From: an uncultured Gammaproteobacteria bacterium
Lineage (GTDB): Bacteria; Pseudomonadota; Gammaproteobacteria; SZUA-140
Assembly (NCBI GenBank): GCA_945787155.1
Contig: CALZHD010000034.1
Location: 1 to 61,406 of the forward strand
DNA length: 61,406 nt
Direction of reading: 5' to 3'
The translations under genes and the position numbers were made by a program. Positions 1 through 11,005 of the stretch are shown one piece after another. Below the pieces are notes generated by a model. The model worked only from the letters and a program-made list of their open reading frames with translations. It searched no databases and was not told the DNA's origin. Numbering within the stretch: the first letter of the stretch is position 1; every line of letters begins with the position of its first letter.

Positions 1-1045
1 TGCAACATCATAAGGCATTATATGAGTTATGACTACGTACCATCACCTAAGCCCGGAAGAAAGGGCAATCATTATGCTTGAGTACCAACACGGCTCCAGC
101 GTACGTTCGATAGCGCAACGATTACATCGAAGTCCATCAACGATATCCAGAGAGCTGCAACGCAATCAACCCCGTCAAGGTGGTTACTGTGCAACACGCG
201 CAGCCAACGCCTACCATTCACGGCGAAAACAGAGTGTCAGGCCAAGAAAACTCGTTAACAATACAGGCTTATGCGATATTGTCGAATCTCACTTAATCCA
301 GAAAAAATGGTCTCCAGAGCAAATTTCAGCTACTTTAAAAAACCAGTTTCCCGGTCAAAGCGCCATGCAAGTGAGTCCTGAAACAATCTATGCTCATATT
401 TACGCTTACCCAAAAGGTGAGCTGCGAAAGCTGATCGTACAATCGTTGCGCCGAGCCAAGTCGAAGCGTGGCCCACGTAGATCAAAAGATAGCTGCTATA
501 GCAGTTTAAAGGTTACAAACGAGCAATTGTTTGCGAATCGTCCAGCATCAGTCAACACCCGAGAGATTGCCGGTCATTGGGAAGGCGACTTAATTGTGGG
601 CGCGATGAACAAGTCGTGTGTCGGCACAATAGTCGAGCGCAAAACGGGCTATCTGCTATTGAGAAAAATGCAAAGCAAGACGGCGCAACATGTTCGTGAA
701 GGCTTTGAAGCTCGCATGGAGACGTTACCCGATTTTTTGCGTTTATCCATGACCTATGACCGAGGTGCAGAAATGGCACAACATCCCCTGCTGACGAAAC
801 ACCTTAACCTCAAAATATATTTTGCTGATCGCCATGCGCCCTGGCAACGCGGGATTAACGAGAACATTAACGGACTCATCCGCCAGTTTTTACCTAAGGG
901 CCATGATCTGTCAGTCTATACACAAGCTCAGCTTGATCATATTGCATGGCTACTCAATACTCGGATTTAAATCATCCCAACTCATGATGGAAGGTGAAGT
1001 AGGTGGGGGGCTTGTTAATGTTGCACTTGATTCTTGAATCCAAGC
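1..1045 (+). mobile_element. IS30-family insertion sequence; the left end is cut by the window start
   Basis: The window opens with TGCAACAT (1-8), the inverted complement of ATGTTGCA at 1018-1025. That octamer lies in an IS30-type right end, ATGTTGCACTTGATTCTTGAATCCAAGC (to ~1045). The two ends enclose an IS30 transposase. Confidence 0.85.
29..1037 (+). pseudogene. IS30 transposase with a frameshift near the C-terminus
   Basis: HTH (YHHLSPEER...RSPSTISRELQRN) and DDE motifs GHWEGD, TYDRG, PWQRGINEN are present. The ORF stops at 970 (WLLNTRI*), while the typical tail LGFKS...VALDS* continues in another frame to 1037. Confidence 0.85.
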
Positions 1046-1181
1046 AGAGCCTGTTCCGAAAGAAGGCGATGTGAATCAGCTTGGTGACTAGGTATCGATA
1101 CTGGATGGTTGTAGTCTTGTCGAGGATCAGAGGCTATTCATTCAGGTAAGGATGTTCTACGGCATTGAGAGTAATGCTTAG

Positions 1182-1847
1182 CTAACGGCTCAAACCGAAG
1201 GCGTCCAGGAATCTGTTCCAGATTTTCCTGTCACCTGTTACTAATAAATTTCCCTGCTCTTCAAGCGCCTCCATACTGGCATTACGAAATACAAGGTCGG
1301 CATATGTAGTAAGAGAGAGCTCGACACACGAAGTATCAGCGTGCTCTTTTCCGAAGCGTATATCTACGCCAGCAGTAGAAAAATTGACCTGATAATATTC
1401 CTGCCGATCTTTCGCGTACTCATTGTGAAAGCAAAAAGTCACAACACCTTTTTGTTTACTGCGATAGCGAGATTTAAGGGTAAGCAAAGCACGCCCGGGG
1501 TCAACCTGCTCGTCTGGCAGGGGACCGCCATGCATAAAATTGAAACCAAATTGATTCAACGCCAGCATCGCAGGCTCAAGCTCTCGTCCCAGGCTTGTCA
1601 GTTCATAGACATGTGGTGAACCAAGCGAAGAGAGTTGCGTTTTTTTAATCAATCCATTCGCTTCCATCTCTTTTAGTCGACTTGCAAGAAGGTTTGTCGT
1701 CACACCCGGCAGACGCTCAATCAGATCGGAATAGCGCCAGGGCCCCAGCAACAAGTCTCTCATTATCAAAAGCGTCCAGCGTTCACCGATCACATCCATC
1801 GCCTTTGCCAGGCCACAATATTGTTTATAACAACGCTTATTACTCAT
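1182..1847 (-). CDS. HxlR-family transcriptional regulator with SCP2-like C-terminal domain
   Basis: YKQYCGLAKAMDVIGERWTLLIMRDLL...LLASRLKEME...YELTSLGREL is the HxlR winged-helix signature. Confidence 0.9.
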   Translation of the reverse strand: MSNKRCYKQYCGLAKAMDVIGERWTLLIMRDLLLGPWRYSDLIERLPGVTTNLLASRLKEMEANGLIKKTQLSSLGSPHVYELTSLGRELEPAMLALNQFGFNFMHGGPLPDEQVDPGRALLTLKSRYRSKQKGVVTFCFHNEYAKDRQEYYQVNFSTAGVDIRFGKEHADTSCVELSLTTYADLVFRNASMEALEEQGNLLVTGDRKIWNRFLDAFGLSR

Positions 1848-1882
1848 CTATCAAATTTCCTTGACACCATACGTCATCGCCA

Positions 1883-1907
1883 ATTGCTATTATTTTTTAA
1901 TAGCAAT
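1883..1907. promoter_or_regulatory. Inverted repeat, probable operator of the adjacent HxlR regulator
   Basis: ATTGCTATTA-TTTTT-TAATAGCAAT is a perfect 10-5-10 repeat in the divergent intergenic region. TTGACA lies at 1861-1866. Confidence 0.65.
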
Positions 1908-1943
1908 AAGTTTAATTAAAAATATCATAAAAGAGGTAAAATC

Positions 1944-2726
1944 ATGGAACTAACCGTCTCCCCCTCAAATTCACTGACAATCGGTTTCATTGTATTACCA
2001 ATTACACTCGTCTGCTGGTGGACCTGGGCATCAGGGCGTGCATTTGGTGTAGAGAGCACACGCCCACCACCAGATCGTGTCACTCAAAATTCTGCCACAT
2101 CACTTTTCAACAGCAAAGCTGCCGCATGGACCGCTGCTTTACTGGTAATCTGGCTAATTTTTGGGGCCTTCGTCGGCCACCAGGATTGGGCCCACACCTT
2201 CAACACCTTTCCTCCATCCGGGGTACGCGCGTTCATTGCACTTATAGTGATAACAATCATTATCGCGCTGACCAGAGTGGGAAAGACTTTAGCTCATAAC
2301 ACGCCATTGTGGTTGCTTGTTGGTTTCCAGGCATTCCGCATTCCTGTTGAATTTCTTATACACCAGGCCTACTTAGAAAATATCACAATTATTGAGATGA
2401 CATACCTGGGACGTAATTTCGACATTATTACCGGTCTTCTCGCCTTACTGATTGCGATCTATGCATACAAAAAGAAAGTTTCAAACAAGGTGATTCTTGC
2501 ATGGAACATACTGGGGCTGGCGTTACTGGTCAATGTCGTTGCAACGGGTGTCATGTCAATGCCACATAACTTTCAGTTGATAGAGACCGATAAGCCCAAT
2601 ATATGGGTGATGTTTTTTCCGTTCATATGGCTTCCTTTTGTGCTGGTTTGCTCAGCCCTGTTTGGGCATCTATTGATATTTCGATATCTGTTGGCGCGAA
2701 AACCTAAATCTCATCACTCTATTTGA
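1944..2726 (+). CDS. Integral membrane protein of unknown function (~7 TM segments)
   Basis: RBS GAGG, repeated hydrophobic helices, motifs FQAFRIPVE and GRNFDIITG. Confidence 0.75.
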   Translation: MELTVSPSNSLTIGFIVLPITLVCWWTWASGRAFGVESTRPPPDRVTQNSATSLFNSKAAAWTAALLVIWLIFGAFVGHQDWAHTFNTFPPSGVRAFIALIVITIIIALTRVGKTLAHNTPLWLLVGFQAFRIPVEFLIHQAYLENITIIEMTYLGRNFDIITGLLALLIAIYAYKKKVSNKVILAWNILGLALLVNVVATGVMSMPHNFQLIETDKPNIWVMFFPFIWLPFVLVCSALFGHLLIFRYLLARKPKSHHSI

Positions 2727-2752
2727 TAACAACGAACAAGAGGATCAGCCAT

Positions 2753-3142
2753 ATGATTACAGCACTATATGCATCAATTTGTGCATTAATTCTTATCAGA
2801 CTGTCACTGAATGTGATTAAGTTGCGCCACAGTGAGCGAGTCAGTCTGGGCGATGGTAATGTTGAAGCATTAAGGATCGCCATTGCAGCACACTCCAACG
2901 CATCCCAATATATACCCATCGCGCAACTACTGTTATTTACCCTGGAATATAACGGTGCCTTCGCCGTACTTGTTCATCTGGGGGGCATCATGCTGATTGT
3001 TGGAAGAATCTTGCATGCGAGAGGCATGATAACAGCTTTTAAAAATAGAGTTCTGGGGATGCAAATAACAATCTGGACTATTCGCTTATTAGCCATCGCC
3101 AATATACTACTAGTCGTGTATGTGCAATACTTTGCGTTATGA
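2753..3142 (+). CDS. MAPEG-family (YecN-like) membrane protein
   Basis: MITALYAS...LSLNVIKLR...VSLGDG...AHSNASQYIP...GRILHARG. ATG 2753 follows RBS AAGAGGA. Confidence 0.85.
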   Translation: MITALYASICALILIRLSLNVIKLRHSERVSLGDGNVEALRIAIAAHSNASQYIPIAQLLLFTLEYNGAFAVLVHLGGIMLIVGRILHARGMITAFKNRVLGMQITIWTIRLLAIANILLVVYVQYFAL

Positions 3143-3399
3143 AAATAACGCTGTATTTATAAAGATACGTAATAGCACTCTCGCATTGCTAACACCTCGC
3201 CACTTGATAACGCGCCTGCATCACCTTACTCAATGAACACTGCTTAGTAACATCCGTCATTACCTCAAAACTGCTGCTCCCTGTTTTCATACAGGCCTGT
3301 AACCACGCATCCACTGACAAATCACAATAGAACACTTAAACTGCATCATCACATTTTTACGATCGTACCGATCTCGCTTCATTTTTTGCTATCAGACCA

Positions 3400-3415
3400 T
3401 GGCACTCCATTTGCA
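3400..3415 (+). promoter_or_regulatory. sigma54 (-24/-12) promoter of the acyl-CoA operon
   Basis: TGGCAC-TCCAT-TTGCA is an exact match to TGGCAC-N5-TTGC, about 135 bp upstream of the thiolase start. Confidence 0.75.
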
Positions 3416-3549
3416 TGTTTATACTAAAAACGCACTACTTATTAGGAACAATGTCGAATATCATGAATGCATTGCGAAGAGGCTTTAACTTATTGATTTC
3501 ACGATTTGAAATTGCCCTCAAGGTAAGCCCTCTTTAAAGGAGATAATCA

Positions 3550-4737
3550 GTGAAACAGCAAGAGATCGTGATCGTCGCCGCGAAACGAACCCCGATCGGG
3601 GCCTTTCTTGGTCAATTTTTAGACACTCCAGCACCTGAACTTGGCGCTGCGACAATAAGTGCAGTGCTGTCGGCATGTAATCTTATTAGTGCAGATGCGA
3701 TTGATGAAGTGCTGATGGGCTGTGTGCTTCCTGCTGGACTGGGACAGGCACCCGCACGTCAGGCTGCACTGCTCGCCGGACTATCGATCAACACCCCCTG
3801 CTCCACCATCAACAAGGTATGTGGCTCCGGCATGAAAACAGTGATGCTTGCTGCTGATGCCATTAAAGCTGGTTCAGCCAATGTTGTGGTCGCGGGCGGC
3901 ATGGAATCGATGAGCCGCGCGCCCTATCTCGACCAACAGAGGCGCCAGGGTGCCCGTTTTGGACACTCCCAACTACTCGACCACATGCTATTCGATGGCC
4001 TGCAAAATGCCGCTGATGGCGAAGCGATGGGCATGTTTGCTGAGCACTGTGCAGAACACTTCAATTTCAGTCGCAAACAGCTTGATGCTTTTGCGGCTGA
4101 ATCGGTCAACCGTGCCGTCGCCGCCTGTAACAGTGGCGCATTCAATGATGAACTCACGCCCGTCACTATTAAAACACGCAAAGGCGGGCAGCAGATTGAT
4201 GCCGACGAGACTCCATCCCGCTGTGATACCAACAAAATTTCAAAACTAAAACCGGCCTTCAAGAAAGATGGTGTTATTACCGCAGCAAATTCATCGTCAC
4301 TTTCTGATGGCGCCGCTGCCATAATATTAATGTCTGCTGATGAGGCCGAAAAACGCAATATACAACCACTCGCTCGCATCATCGCCCACAGTAGTCATGC
4401 AATGGCACCGGAAGAGTTTACCCTCGCACCCATTCATGCCATTAGAAAACTCTACCAGAAAAGCGGTTGGCGCAATGACGATATCGATCTCTACGAGATC
4501 AATGAGGCCTTCGCTGCCGTCACGATGGGCGCGATACATGAGCTAAAACTCGACCATAAAAAAGTCAACGTCAACGGAGGTGCCTGCGCCCTCGGTCATC
4601 CCATCGGCGCATCGGGCACGCGCATTATTGTCACACTATTACATGCATTAAGGGCGCGTGGCGGAAAACGTGGTATCGCCTCACTCTGCATCGGTGGCGG
4701 TGAAGCGACTGCGATTGCCATTGAGACGCTAGACTAA
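3550..4737 (+). CDS. Acetyl-CoA C-acetyltransferase (thiolase)
   Basis: Motifs NKVCGSG, EINEAFA, GHPIGASG, SLCIGGG. Confidence 0.95.
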   Translation: MKQQEIVIVAAKRTPIGAFLGQFLDTPAPELGAATISAVLSACNLISADAIDEVLMGCVLPAGLGQAPARQAALLAGLSINTPCSTINKVCGSGMKTVMLAADAIKAGSANVVVAGGMESMSRAPYLDQQRRQGARFGHSQLLDHMLFDGLQNAADGEAMGMFAEHCAEHFNFSRKQLDAFAAESVNRAVAACNSGAFNDELTPVTIKTRKGGQQIDADETPSRCDTNKISKLKPAFKKDGVITAANSSSLSDGAAAIILMSADEAEKRNIQPLARIIAHSSHAMAPEEFTLAPIHAIRKLYQKSGWRNDDIDLYEINEAFAAVTMGAIHELKLDHKKVNVNGGACALGHPIGASGTRIIVTLLHALRARGGKRGIASLCIGGGEATAIAIETLD

Positions 4738-4821
4738 CAACCGTTAACCGAAAAACCGTACATTAGGCATTCAGGGAATATTTCCAGCAAATAGCACAAC
4801 ATAGATCACGGAACTGAGACC

Positions 4822-6429
4822 ATGGCGATTATAGAGAGTAACATTGACACAAAAAGCGAAGCGTTCACCGACAACAGCGGTCATATGCAGCTGCAGGTCA
4901 ATGACCTCAATGAACGACTACGTGATGTCAAGATCGGCGGTTCCAACAAGGCGCGTGATAAACACCTGCAACGCGGCAAGCTGCTAGTCAGGGATCGCAT
5001 CCATATGTTAATTGATGAAGGGTGCCCCTTCATGGAGTTTTCGGCACTCGCGGCCAACCACATGTATGGAGACAAGGTACCCAGCGCCGGCATCATCACC
5101 GGCATCGGCATCGTGCATGGCCAGGAGATGGTGATCATCGCTAACGATGCCACCGTCAAAGGGGGTACCTACTATCCCATCACCGCCAAAAAACACCTAC
5201 GTGCGCAAGAGATAGCCGAACAGAATCGCCTCCCCTGCATATATCTGGTCGACTCTGGTGGCGCCTTCCTGCCAATGCAGGATGAAGTCTTTCCAGATCG
5301 CGATAATTTTGGGCGTGTCTTTTATAACCAGGCAAGACTCTCAGCACAGGGTATCCCACAGATTGCCGTCGTCATGGGCTCATGTACAGCAGGGGGTGCC
5401 TATGTGCCGGCGATGGCCGATGAGTGTGTCATCGTAAAATCACAGGGCACCATCTTCCTGGGTGGCCCACCGCTCGTGAAAGCAGCGACGGGTGAAGTGG
5501 TTGATACAGAAGAACTCGGTGGTGCTGATATCCACAGCCGCGTTTCAGGCGTCACTGACTACATGGCTGAAGACGATGCCGATGCACTGCGAATCACGCG
5601 CGATATCGTCGCTAATCTCAACTATCAGAAACAGGGAGTCATCAATCGTAAAGCCGTGACCAACCCACTCTACCCTGCCGAAGAACTCTACGGCATCGTG
5701 CCGTTCGATACGCGTAAACAGTATGACGTACGCGAAGTGATCGCGCGCATCGTTGACGGCTCTGAGTTTCATGAGTTTAAAAAGCTCTTTGGCCAGACGC
5801 TGGTGTGTGGTTTTTCCCATATACATGGCTATCCAGTTGGCATCATCGCCAACAACGGTATCCTCTTTTCCGATTCAGCACTTAAGGGGACCCACTTTAT
5901 CGAGCTCTGTAATCAGCGCGGCATCCCGCTGCTATTTTTACAGAATATTGCAGGGTTCATGGTCGGCAAAAAATACGAACACGAAGGGATCGCTAAACAT
6001 GGTGCCAAGATGGTCAATGCCGTTGCCTGTAGCCAGGTACCAAAATTCACCGTCATTATCGGCGGCTCCTATGGTGCCGGGAACTATGCCATGTGTGGGC
6101 GTGCCTACAGTCCTCGACAGCTATGGATGTGGCCTAATGCTCGCATCTCTGTGATGGGAGGTGAAACCGCCGCGCATCTATTAGGCTCTATCAAAAAAGA
6201 GAGTCTCGCCAGGGCAGGAAAACAGCTGAGTGAAAAGGAAGAGGAAGCCTTTGAAAATGAAATTCGTGAGCAATTTGATCGCCAAAGCCACCCCTATCAC
6301 GCCACCGCACGACTATGGGATGACGGCATCATCGACCCGATGCAGACACGTGACCTGATCGGTCAAGGCATTGCCGCCGCCATGAATGCCCCAATCAAGA
6401 AGACCGATTACGGTGTCTTCCGGATGTAA
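4822..6429 (+). CDS. liuB: 3-methylcrotonyl-CoA carboxylase beta (carboxyltransferase) subunit
   Basis: [45 protein letters not shown] and C-terminal GVFRM. Confidence 0.93.
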   Translation: MAIIESNIDTKSEAFTDNSGHMQLQVNDLNERLRDVKIGGSNKARDKHLQRGKLLVRDRIHMLIDEGCPFMEFSALAANHMYGDKVPSAGIITGIGIVHGQEMVIIANDATVKGGTYYPITAKKHLRAQEIAEQNRLPCIYLVDSGGAFLPMQDEVFPDRDNFGRVFYNQARLSAQGIPQIAVVMGSCTAGGAYVPAMADECVIVKSQGTIFLGGPPLVKAATGEVVDTEELGGADIHSRVSGVTDYMAEDDADALRITRDIVANLNYQKQGVINRKAVTNPLYPAEELYGIVPFDTRKQYDVREVIARIVDGSEFHEFKKLFGQTLVCGFSHIHGYPVGIIANNGILFSDSALKGTHFIELCNQRGIPLLFLQNIAGFMVGKKYEHEGIAKHGAKMVNAVACSQVPKFTVIIGGSYGAGNYAMCGRAYSPRQLWMWPNARISVMGGETAAHLLGSIKKESLARAGKQLSEKEEEAFENEIREQFDRQSHPYHATARLWDDGIIDPMQTRDLIGQGIAAAMNAPIKKTDYGVFRM

Positions 6430-6468
6430 CAAGAGTACTGTAATCCGATACAATATAGAGGAGATCAC

Positions 6469-7254
6469 ATGAGCCACGACGAACTACTCACTGTCGAGAC
6501 CGATCCGCGAGGTGTTTGCACACTCGCACTGAATAATCCAGCTAAACATAACGCCTTTAACGATGAAGTGATTGCTGCGCTACGCAACAAACTCAATGAG
6601 ATAGCACAAGATGACAAAGTACGTATCCTGGTATTAACCGGCAACGGAAAGAGTTTCTCCAGTGGCGCAGACCTCGAATGGATGAAGGCAGCCGCACAAC
6701 ATGACGAGGAAACCAACCAAAAGGACTCCGAGGCGCTGGCGAAGTTAATGCGTACCCTCTACGAATATGACAAGCCAACCGTGGCGCGTATCAATGGCAG
6801 CGCCTTTGGCGGCGCACTCGGGCTGATCGCCTGTTGTGATATGGCGATTGCCACACGTTCTGCGCAGTTCTCCTTTACCGAGGTGCGCTTCGGTCTGATC
6901 CCGGCCGTGATTGCACCATATGTCATCAAAGCCATTGGTGAGCGCCAGACACGTCGCCTGTTTCTCACCGCCGAACGTTTTTCTAGTGAATTGGCCGAGA
7001 AGATCGGCCTCGTCCATCAGGTCGTTGATGACCAATCTCTCGATGACACAATAAAGATTGCCGTTGATAAACTACTCAAGGCAGGACCACTATCAGTACA
7101 AGCATGCAAATGCCTCATTCGCTCATTGAGCCCAGACTTCGATGATGAATCATCGGCACGACTGATCGCACAGCTGCGCGCTTCCGTTGAAGGGCAGGAA
7201 GGGATGAGCGCCTTTTTCGAAAAACGTCCACCCAATTGGATAAACCAGAATTGA
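6469..7254 (+). CDS. liuC: 3-methylglutaconyl-CoA hydratase (crotonase family)
   Basis: HNAFND, FSSGADLEWM, FTEVRFGLIPAVIAPYV, EGQEGMSAFFEKRPPNW; directly follows liuB. Confidence 0.88.
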   Translation: MSHDELLTVETDPRGVCTLALNNPAKHNAFNDEVIAALRNKLNEIAQDDKVRILVLTGNGKSFSSGADLEWMKAAAQHDEETNQKDSEALAKLMRTLYEYDKPTVARINGSAFGGALGLIACCDMAIATRSAQFSFTEVRFGLIPAVIAPYVIKAIGERQTRRLFLTAERFSSELAEKIGLVHQVVDDQSLDDTIKIAVDKLLKAGPLSVQACKCLIRSLSPDFDDESSARLIAQLRASVEGQEGMSAFFEKRPPNWINQN

Positions 7255-7267
7255 TTGACCGTACAGC

Positions 7268-8182
7268 ATGAAATCTCTGCATACCACAAATGCCCTGCCA
7301 TCAAAGGTCACCATCGTTGAAGTCGGTCCACGTGACGGCCTGCAAAACGAACAACAACACCTGGATACCGATAAAAAGATCAACTTCATTAATCGTCTCT
7401 CCACCTGCGGTCTCCCTGTCATCGAGTGTAGCAGCATGGTCAGTTCACAATGGATACCGCAACTGGCTGATGCCGAAGAGGTAATAAATAAAATCGACAG
7501 ACACCCTGGCGTGCGCTATCCCGTACTGGTACCCAACGAAAAAGGGATGCAACGCGCACTAGCGGCGGGTGCAACAAGTGTCGCAATATTTATCGCAGTA
7601 AGCGAAAGCTTTAATCAAAAAAACGTCAACTGTTCAATCGACGAATCGTTTACACGCTTTGAACCTGTCATGGCATTGGCAAAAGCGGCGGGGATCGAAG
7701 TACGCGGTTATCTCTCCTGTATCATGGGATGCCCCTACGAAGGGAAAATAAAACCAATGAAAGTGGCTACCATCGCCCGTCATCTGATCGAACTCGGTTG
7801 TTACGAGGTCTCTCTCGGTGACACCATCGGCGCCGGCACCCCCCTTCAAGCACAGCGCCTCGTTCAGACCATCAGTAAACAAGTGCCTGTTGAACAGCTT
7901 GCAATTCACTTCCATGACACCCGCGGACAGGCGTTGGCCAACATCTTCGCCTGTCTCGAACTCGGCATCACGACGATTGATGCTGCGGTCGCAGGGCTTG
8001 GCGGCTGTCCTTATGCCAAAGGGAGTAGCGGCAACGTGGCTACTGAAGATGTTGTCTACATGCTTGAGGGAATGGGCATTGAGACCGGTATCGACCTGCG
8101 TGCCCTGAGCGAGGCTGGTAATATGATCTGCCAGCAATTAAAACGGAGCAGCCATAGCAAGGTTGGCAGACTTTACCAATAA
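7268..8182 (+). CDS. liuE: Hydroxymethylglutaryl-CoA lyase
   Basis: EVGPRDGLQNE, HFHDTRG, GLGGCPYA, GNVATED. Confidence 0.95.
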   Translation: MKSLHTTNALPSKVTIVEVGPRDGLQNEQQHLDTDKKINFINRLSTCGLPVIECSSMVSSQWIPQLADAEEVINKIDRHPGVRYPVLVPNEKGMQRALAAGATSVAIFIAVSESFNQKNVNCSIDESFTRFEPVMALAKAAGIEVRGYLSCIMGCPYEGKIKPMKVATIARHLIELGCYEVSLGDTIGAGTPLQAQRLVQTISKQVPVEQLAIHFHDTRGQALANIFACLELGITTIDAAVAGLGGCPYAKGSSGNVATEDVVYMLEGMGIETGIDLRALSEAGNMICQQLKRSSHSKVGRLYQ

Positions 8183-8228
8183 CGATGCTATCATTGATAA
8201 TGATTAACCTGACACTCGAGGTAAGGCT

Positions 8229-8999
8229 ATGGAATTTAAACAGTGTAAGGCCATCGTTACTGGTGCTGCTTCTGGACTAGGACTGGCTGTGACACAACGC
8301 ATCATCGCCGCAGGCGGTACAGTAGTGATGCTTGACCTCGACCATGAGCGTTGTGCAGATGAGCTGATTTTACTCGGTGAACGTGCTCACTTTATCGCCA
8401 CTGACGTCACCTCCGAATCCGGAGTTGACACTGCACTGATCAAGGCACACGAGCTAATGGGTGAGATCAGACTTGTGGTCAACTGTGCCGGTATCGCGCC
8501 GAGTCGACGAGTGCTGGCACGTGACGGGCTGATCAGCAACGCAGAATTTCAACAGGTGATCGACATCAACCTCAACGGCAGCTTTAACGTCTGTCGCGCC
8601 GTCGTCAATCTGATGCAGAACAACAATCCCGCAGGTAAGGATGAAGAGCGAGGTCTGTTGATCAATACCGCCTCTATCGCCGCCTTTGAAGGACAGATCG
8701 GCCAGGCCGCCTATGCCGCGTCAAAGGGTGGCATTGCCAGTATGACACTGCCGCTGGCACGTGAGTTTGCACGCCTCGGCATCCGAGTCATGACGATTGC
8801 ACCGGGGATTTTTGAAACACCGATGTTCGATCAATTACCACAGGAGGCGCGCGAGGCACTCGCCGCCAACACCCCCTATCCCAAACGTCTTGGCCAACCC
8901 GATGAGTTTGCGGCACTGGTACAGCACATCGTCGAGAACCCCATGCTAAACGGCTCAACCATCAGGCTAGACGGTGCACTGCGCATGGGACAGAAGTAG
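8229..8999 (+). CDS. 3-hydroxyacyl-CoA dehydrogenase type 2 (HSD10-like SDR)
   Basis: TGAASGLG, NCAGI, AAFEGQIGQAAYAASKGG, IRLDGALRM. Confidence 0.92.
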   Translation: MEFKQCKAIVTGAASGLGLAVTQRIIAAGGTVVMLDLDHERCADELILLGERAHFIATDVTSESGVDTALIKAHELMGEIRLVVNCAGIAPSRRVLARDGLISNAEFQQVIDINLNGSFNVCRAVVNLMQNNNPAGKDEERGLLINTASIAAFEGQIGQAAYAASKGGIASMTLPLAREFARLGIRVMTIAPGIFETPMFDQLPQEAREALAANTPYPKRLGQPDEFAALVQHIVENPMLNGSTIRLDGALRMGQK

Positions 9000-9016
9000 C
9001 GCACATCCTGCCATTC

Positions 9017-11005
9017 ATGCCCATCGACACCAAACCGATCTGGACACCTTCACCGCAACGCATCGCTGCGGCAAACCTGACACACTTCATCCAGACAGTA
9101 CGCGACGAATATGGCTTCGACGTCGATGATTATGCTGCACTATACCAATGGTCGATTGAGGCCCCTGAACAATTCTGGCCAGCAGTATGGCGCTTCACCG
9201 ACATCAAGACGAGCCGACAGTGGGATAGCGTACTCTCCGATGCAGACAAGTTGCCTGGAGCAACATGGTTCGCGGGTGCACAGCTCAATTTTGCCGAAAA
9301 CTTGTTACGCCATTGCAAGGGTGAACTGCGCAACAAACCCGCACTGATCTTTCACGGTGAAGATAAAAACCGTTGCGAACTCAGTTATGGCGAACTCTAC
9401 AACGCTGTTGCCAAAGTTGCCGCCGCAATGCGTAACAGCAGGGTTGGCATCGGCGACAGAGTTGCCGGTTTCATTGCCAATCGACCAGAGGCGATCATCG
9501 CGATGCTTGCCACCACCAGCCTTGGGGCGATCTGGTCGTCATGTTCACCAGACTTTGGCATTGAGGGCGCAGTCGAACGCTTTGAACAGATCGAGCCAAA
9601 ATTACTCTTCTGCTGCGACGGCTACTGGTTCAAGGGAAAACAACACGACTCACTGACGCGCTTGGCACAGATCACTCAACGCATCACTTCCATTCAACAG
9701 ATAGTCGTCATCCCCTATCTCAACCAACAACCGAATCTCACACCATTAGCCAATGCAGTGCACTATGGTGACTACATGGACGCTGCCAATGTCGATAATG
9801 ACACTATCGACTTTGTGCAATTACCGTTCGACCACCCACTTTATATTCTCTATTCATCCGGCACCACTGGCAAACCAAAGTGCATCGTTCACGGCGCTGG
9901 CGGCACCCTGCTGCAACACCTCAAAGAACTGGTATTACATACCGACCTCAAGGCAGATGACGTGATCTTCTACTTCACCACCTGTGGCTGGATGATGTGG
10001 AACTGGCAGATCAGTGCGCTCGCCACAGGTGCCACGCTACTGCTCTATGACGGCTCTCCTTTTCACCCCAGCGCCAACATCCTGTTTGACATTGCACAAC
10101 AGGAAGGGATCACCCTCTTCGGTGCCAGCGCAAAATATTTCTCTGCGCTTGAAAAAGAAGGCATCAAACCAAAGCACAACCACCGACTGGATAAATTACG
10201 CACGATTCTCTCCACCGGCTCACCATTAGCGCCAGAATCCTACGACTACATCTATCGTGAAATCAAGCCAGACCTGCAGCTTTCATCCATCTCTGGTGGC
10301 ACCGACATCGTCTCCTGTTTTGCACTCGGTAATCCGCTACTGCCGGTCTATCGCGGCGAACTGCAGTGCCGTGGGCTCGGCATGAAGGTCGAAGTGTTTG
10401 ATGAAAATGGTCATGCACTACACAACCAAAAGGGAGAACTGGTCTGCACCGCCCCTGCCCCGTCGATGCCACTCTATTTTTGGGGTGATAGTAACAATGC
10501 CAAATATCACGCCGCCTATTTCGAACGCTTTCCAGATGTATGGACTCACGGCGACTACGCCGAATTGACCCATCACGACGGCCTGATCATCTATGGCCGC
10601 TCCGACGCGCTGCTCAATCCCGGTGGTGTGCGTATTGGCACTGCTGAGATCTACAGACAAGTGGAAAAACAGCCCGAGATTGCAGAAAGCATCGCTGTCG
10701 GGCAACGCTGGAAAGATGATGTGCGCATCATCCTGTTCGTCAAATTACAAACAGGCGTCGTACTTGATGAAGCGTTGATCGCCAAGCTCAAACAACGCAT
10801 TCGCGACAACACCACACCGCGACATGTGCCAGGCAAAGTGATTGCCGTCGATGATATCCCGCATACCCGAAGCGGTAAGATTGTTGAGCTTGCGGTACGC
10901 AATGTCATCCACAACGAACCCGTGCCCAACCTCAGTGCCATTGCCAATCCCGAGGCCCTCGACTGTTTTAAGCGGCTACCCGAACTAGCGCGTGACAATG
11001 AGTAA
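9017..11005 (+). CDS. Acetoacetate--CoA ligase
   Basis: LNFAENLL, YSSGTTGKPKCIVHG, FTTCGWMMWNW, SISGGTD, GRSDALLNPGGVRIGTAEIY. Confidence 0.95.
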   Translation: MPIDTKPIWTPSPQRIAAANLTHFIQTVRDEYGFDVDDYAALYQWSIEAPEQFWPAVWRFTDIKTSRQWDSVLSDADKLPGATWFAGAQLNFAENLLRHCKGELRNKPALIFHGEDKNRCELSYGELYNAVAKVAAAMRNSRVGIGDRVAGFIANRPEAIIAMLATTSLGAIWSSCSPDFGIEGAVERFEQIEPKLLFCCDGYWFKGKQHDSLTRLAQITQRITSIQQIVVIPYLNQQPNLTPLANAVHYGDYMDAANVDNDTIDFVQLPFDHPLYILYSSGTTGKPKCIVHGAGGTLLQHLKELVLHTDLKADDVIFYFTTCGWMMWNWQISALATGATLLLYDGSPFHPSANILFDIAQQEGITLFGASAKYFSALEKEGIKPKHNHRLDKLRTILSTGSPLAPESYDYIYREIKPDLQLSSISGGTDIVSCFALGNPLLPVYRGELQCRGLGMKVEVFDENGHALHNQKGELVCTAPAPSMPLYFWGDSNNAKYHAAYFERFPDVWTHGDYAELTHHDGLIIYGRSDALLNPGGVRIGTAEIYRQVEKQPEIAESIAVGQRWKDDVRIILFVKLQTGVVLDEALIAKLKQRIRDNTTPRHVPGKVIAVDDIPHTRSGKIVELAVRNVIHNEPVPNLSAIANPEALDCFKRLPELARDNE

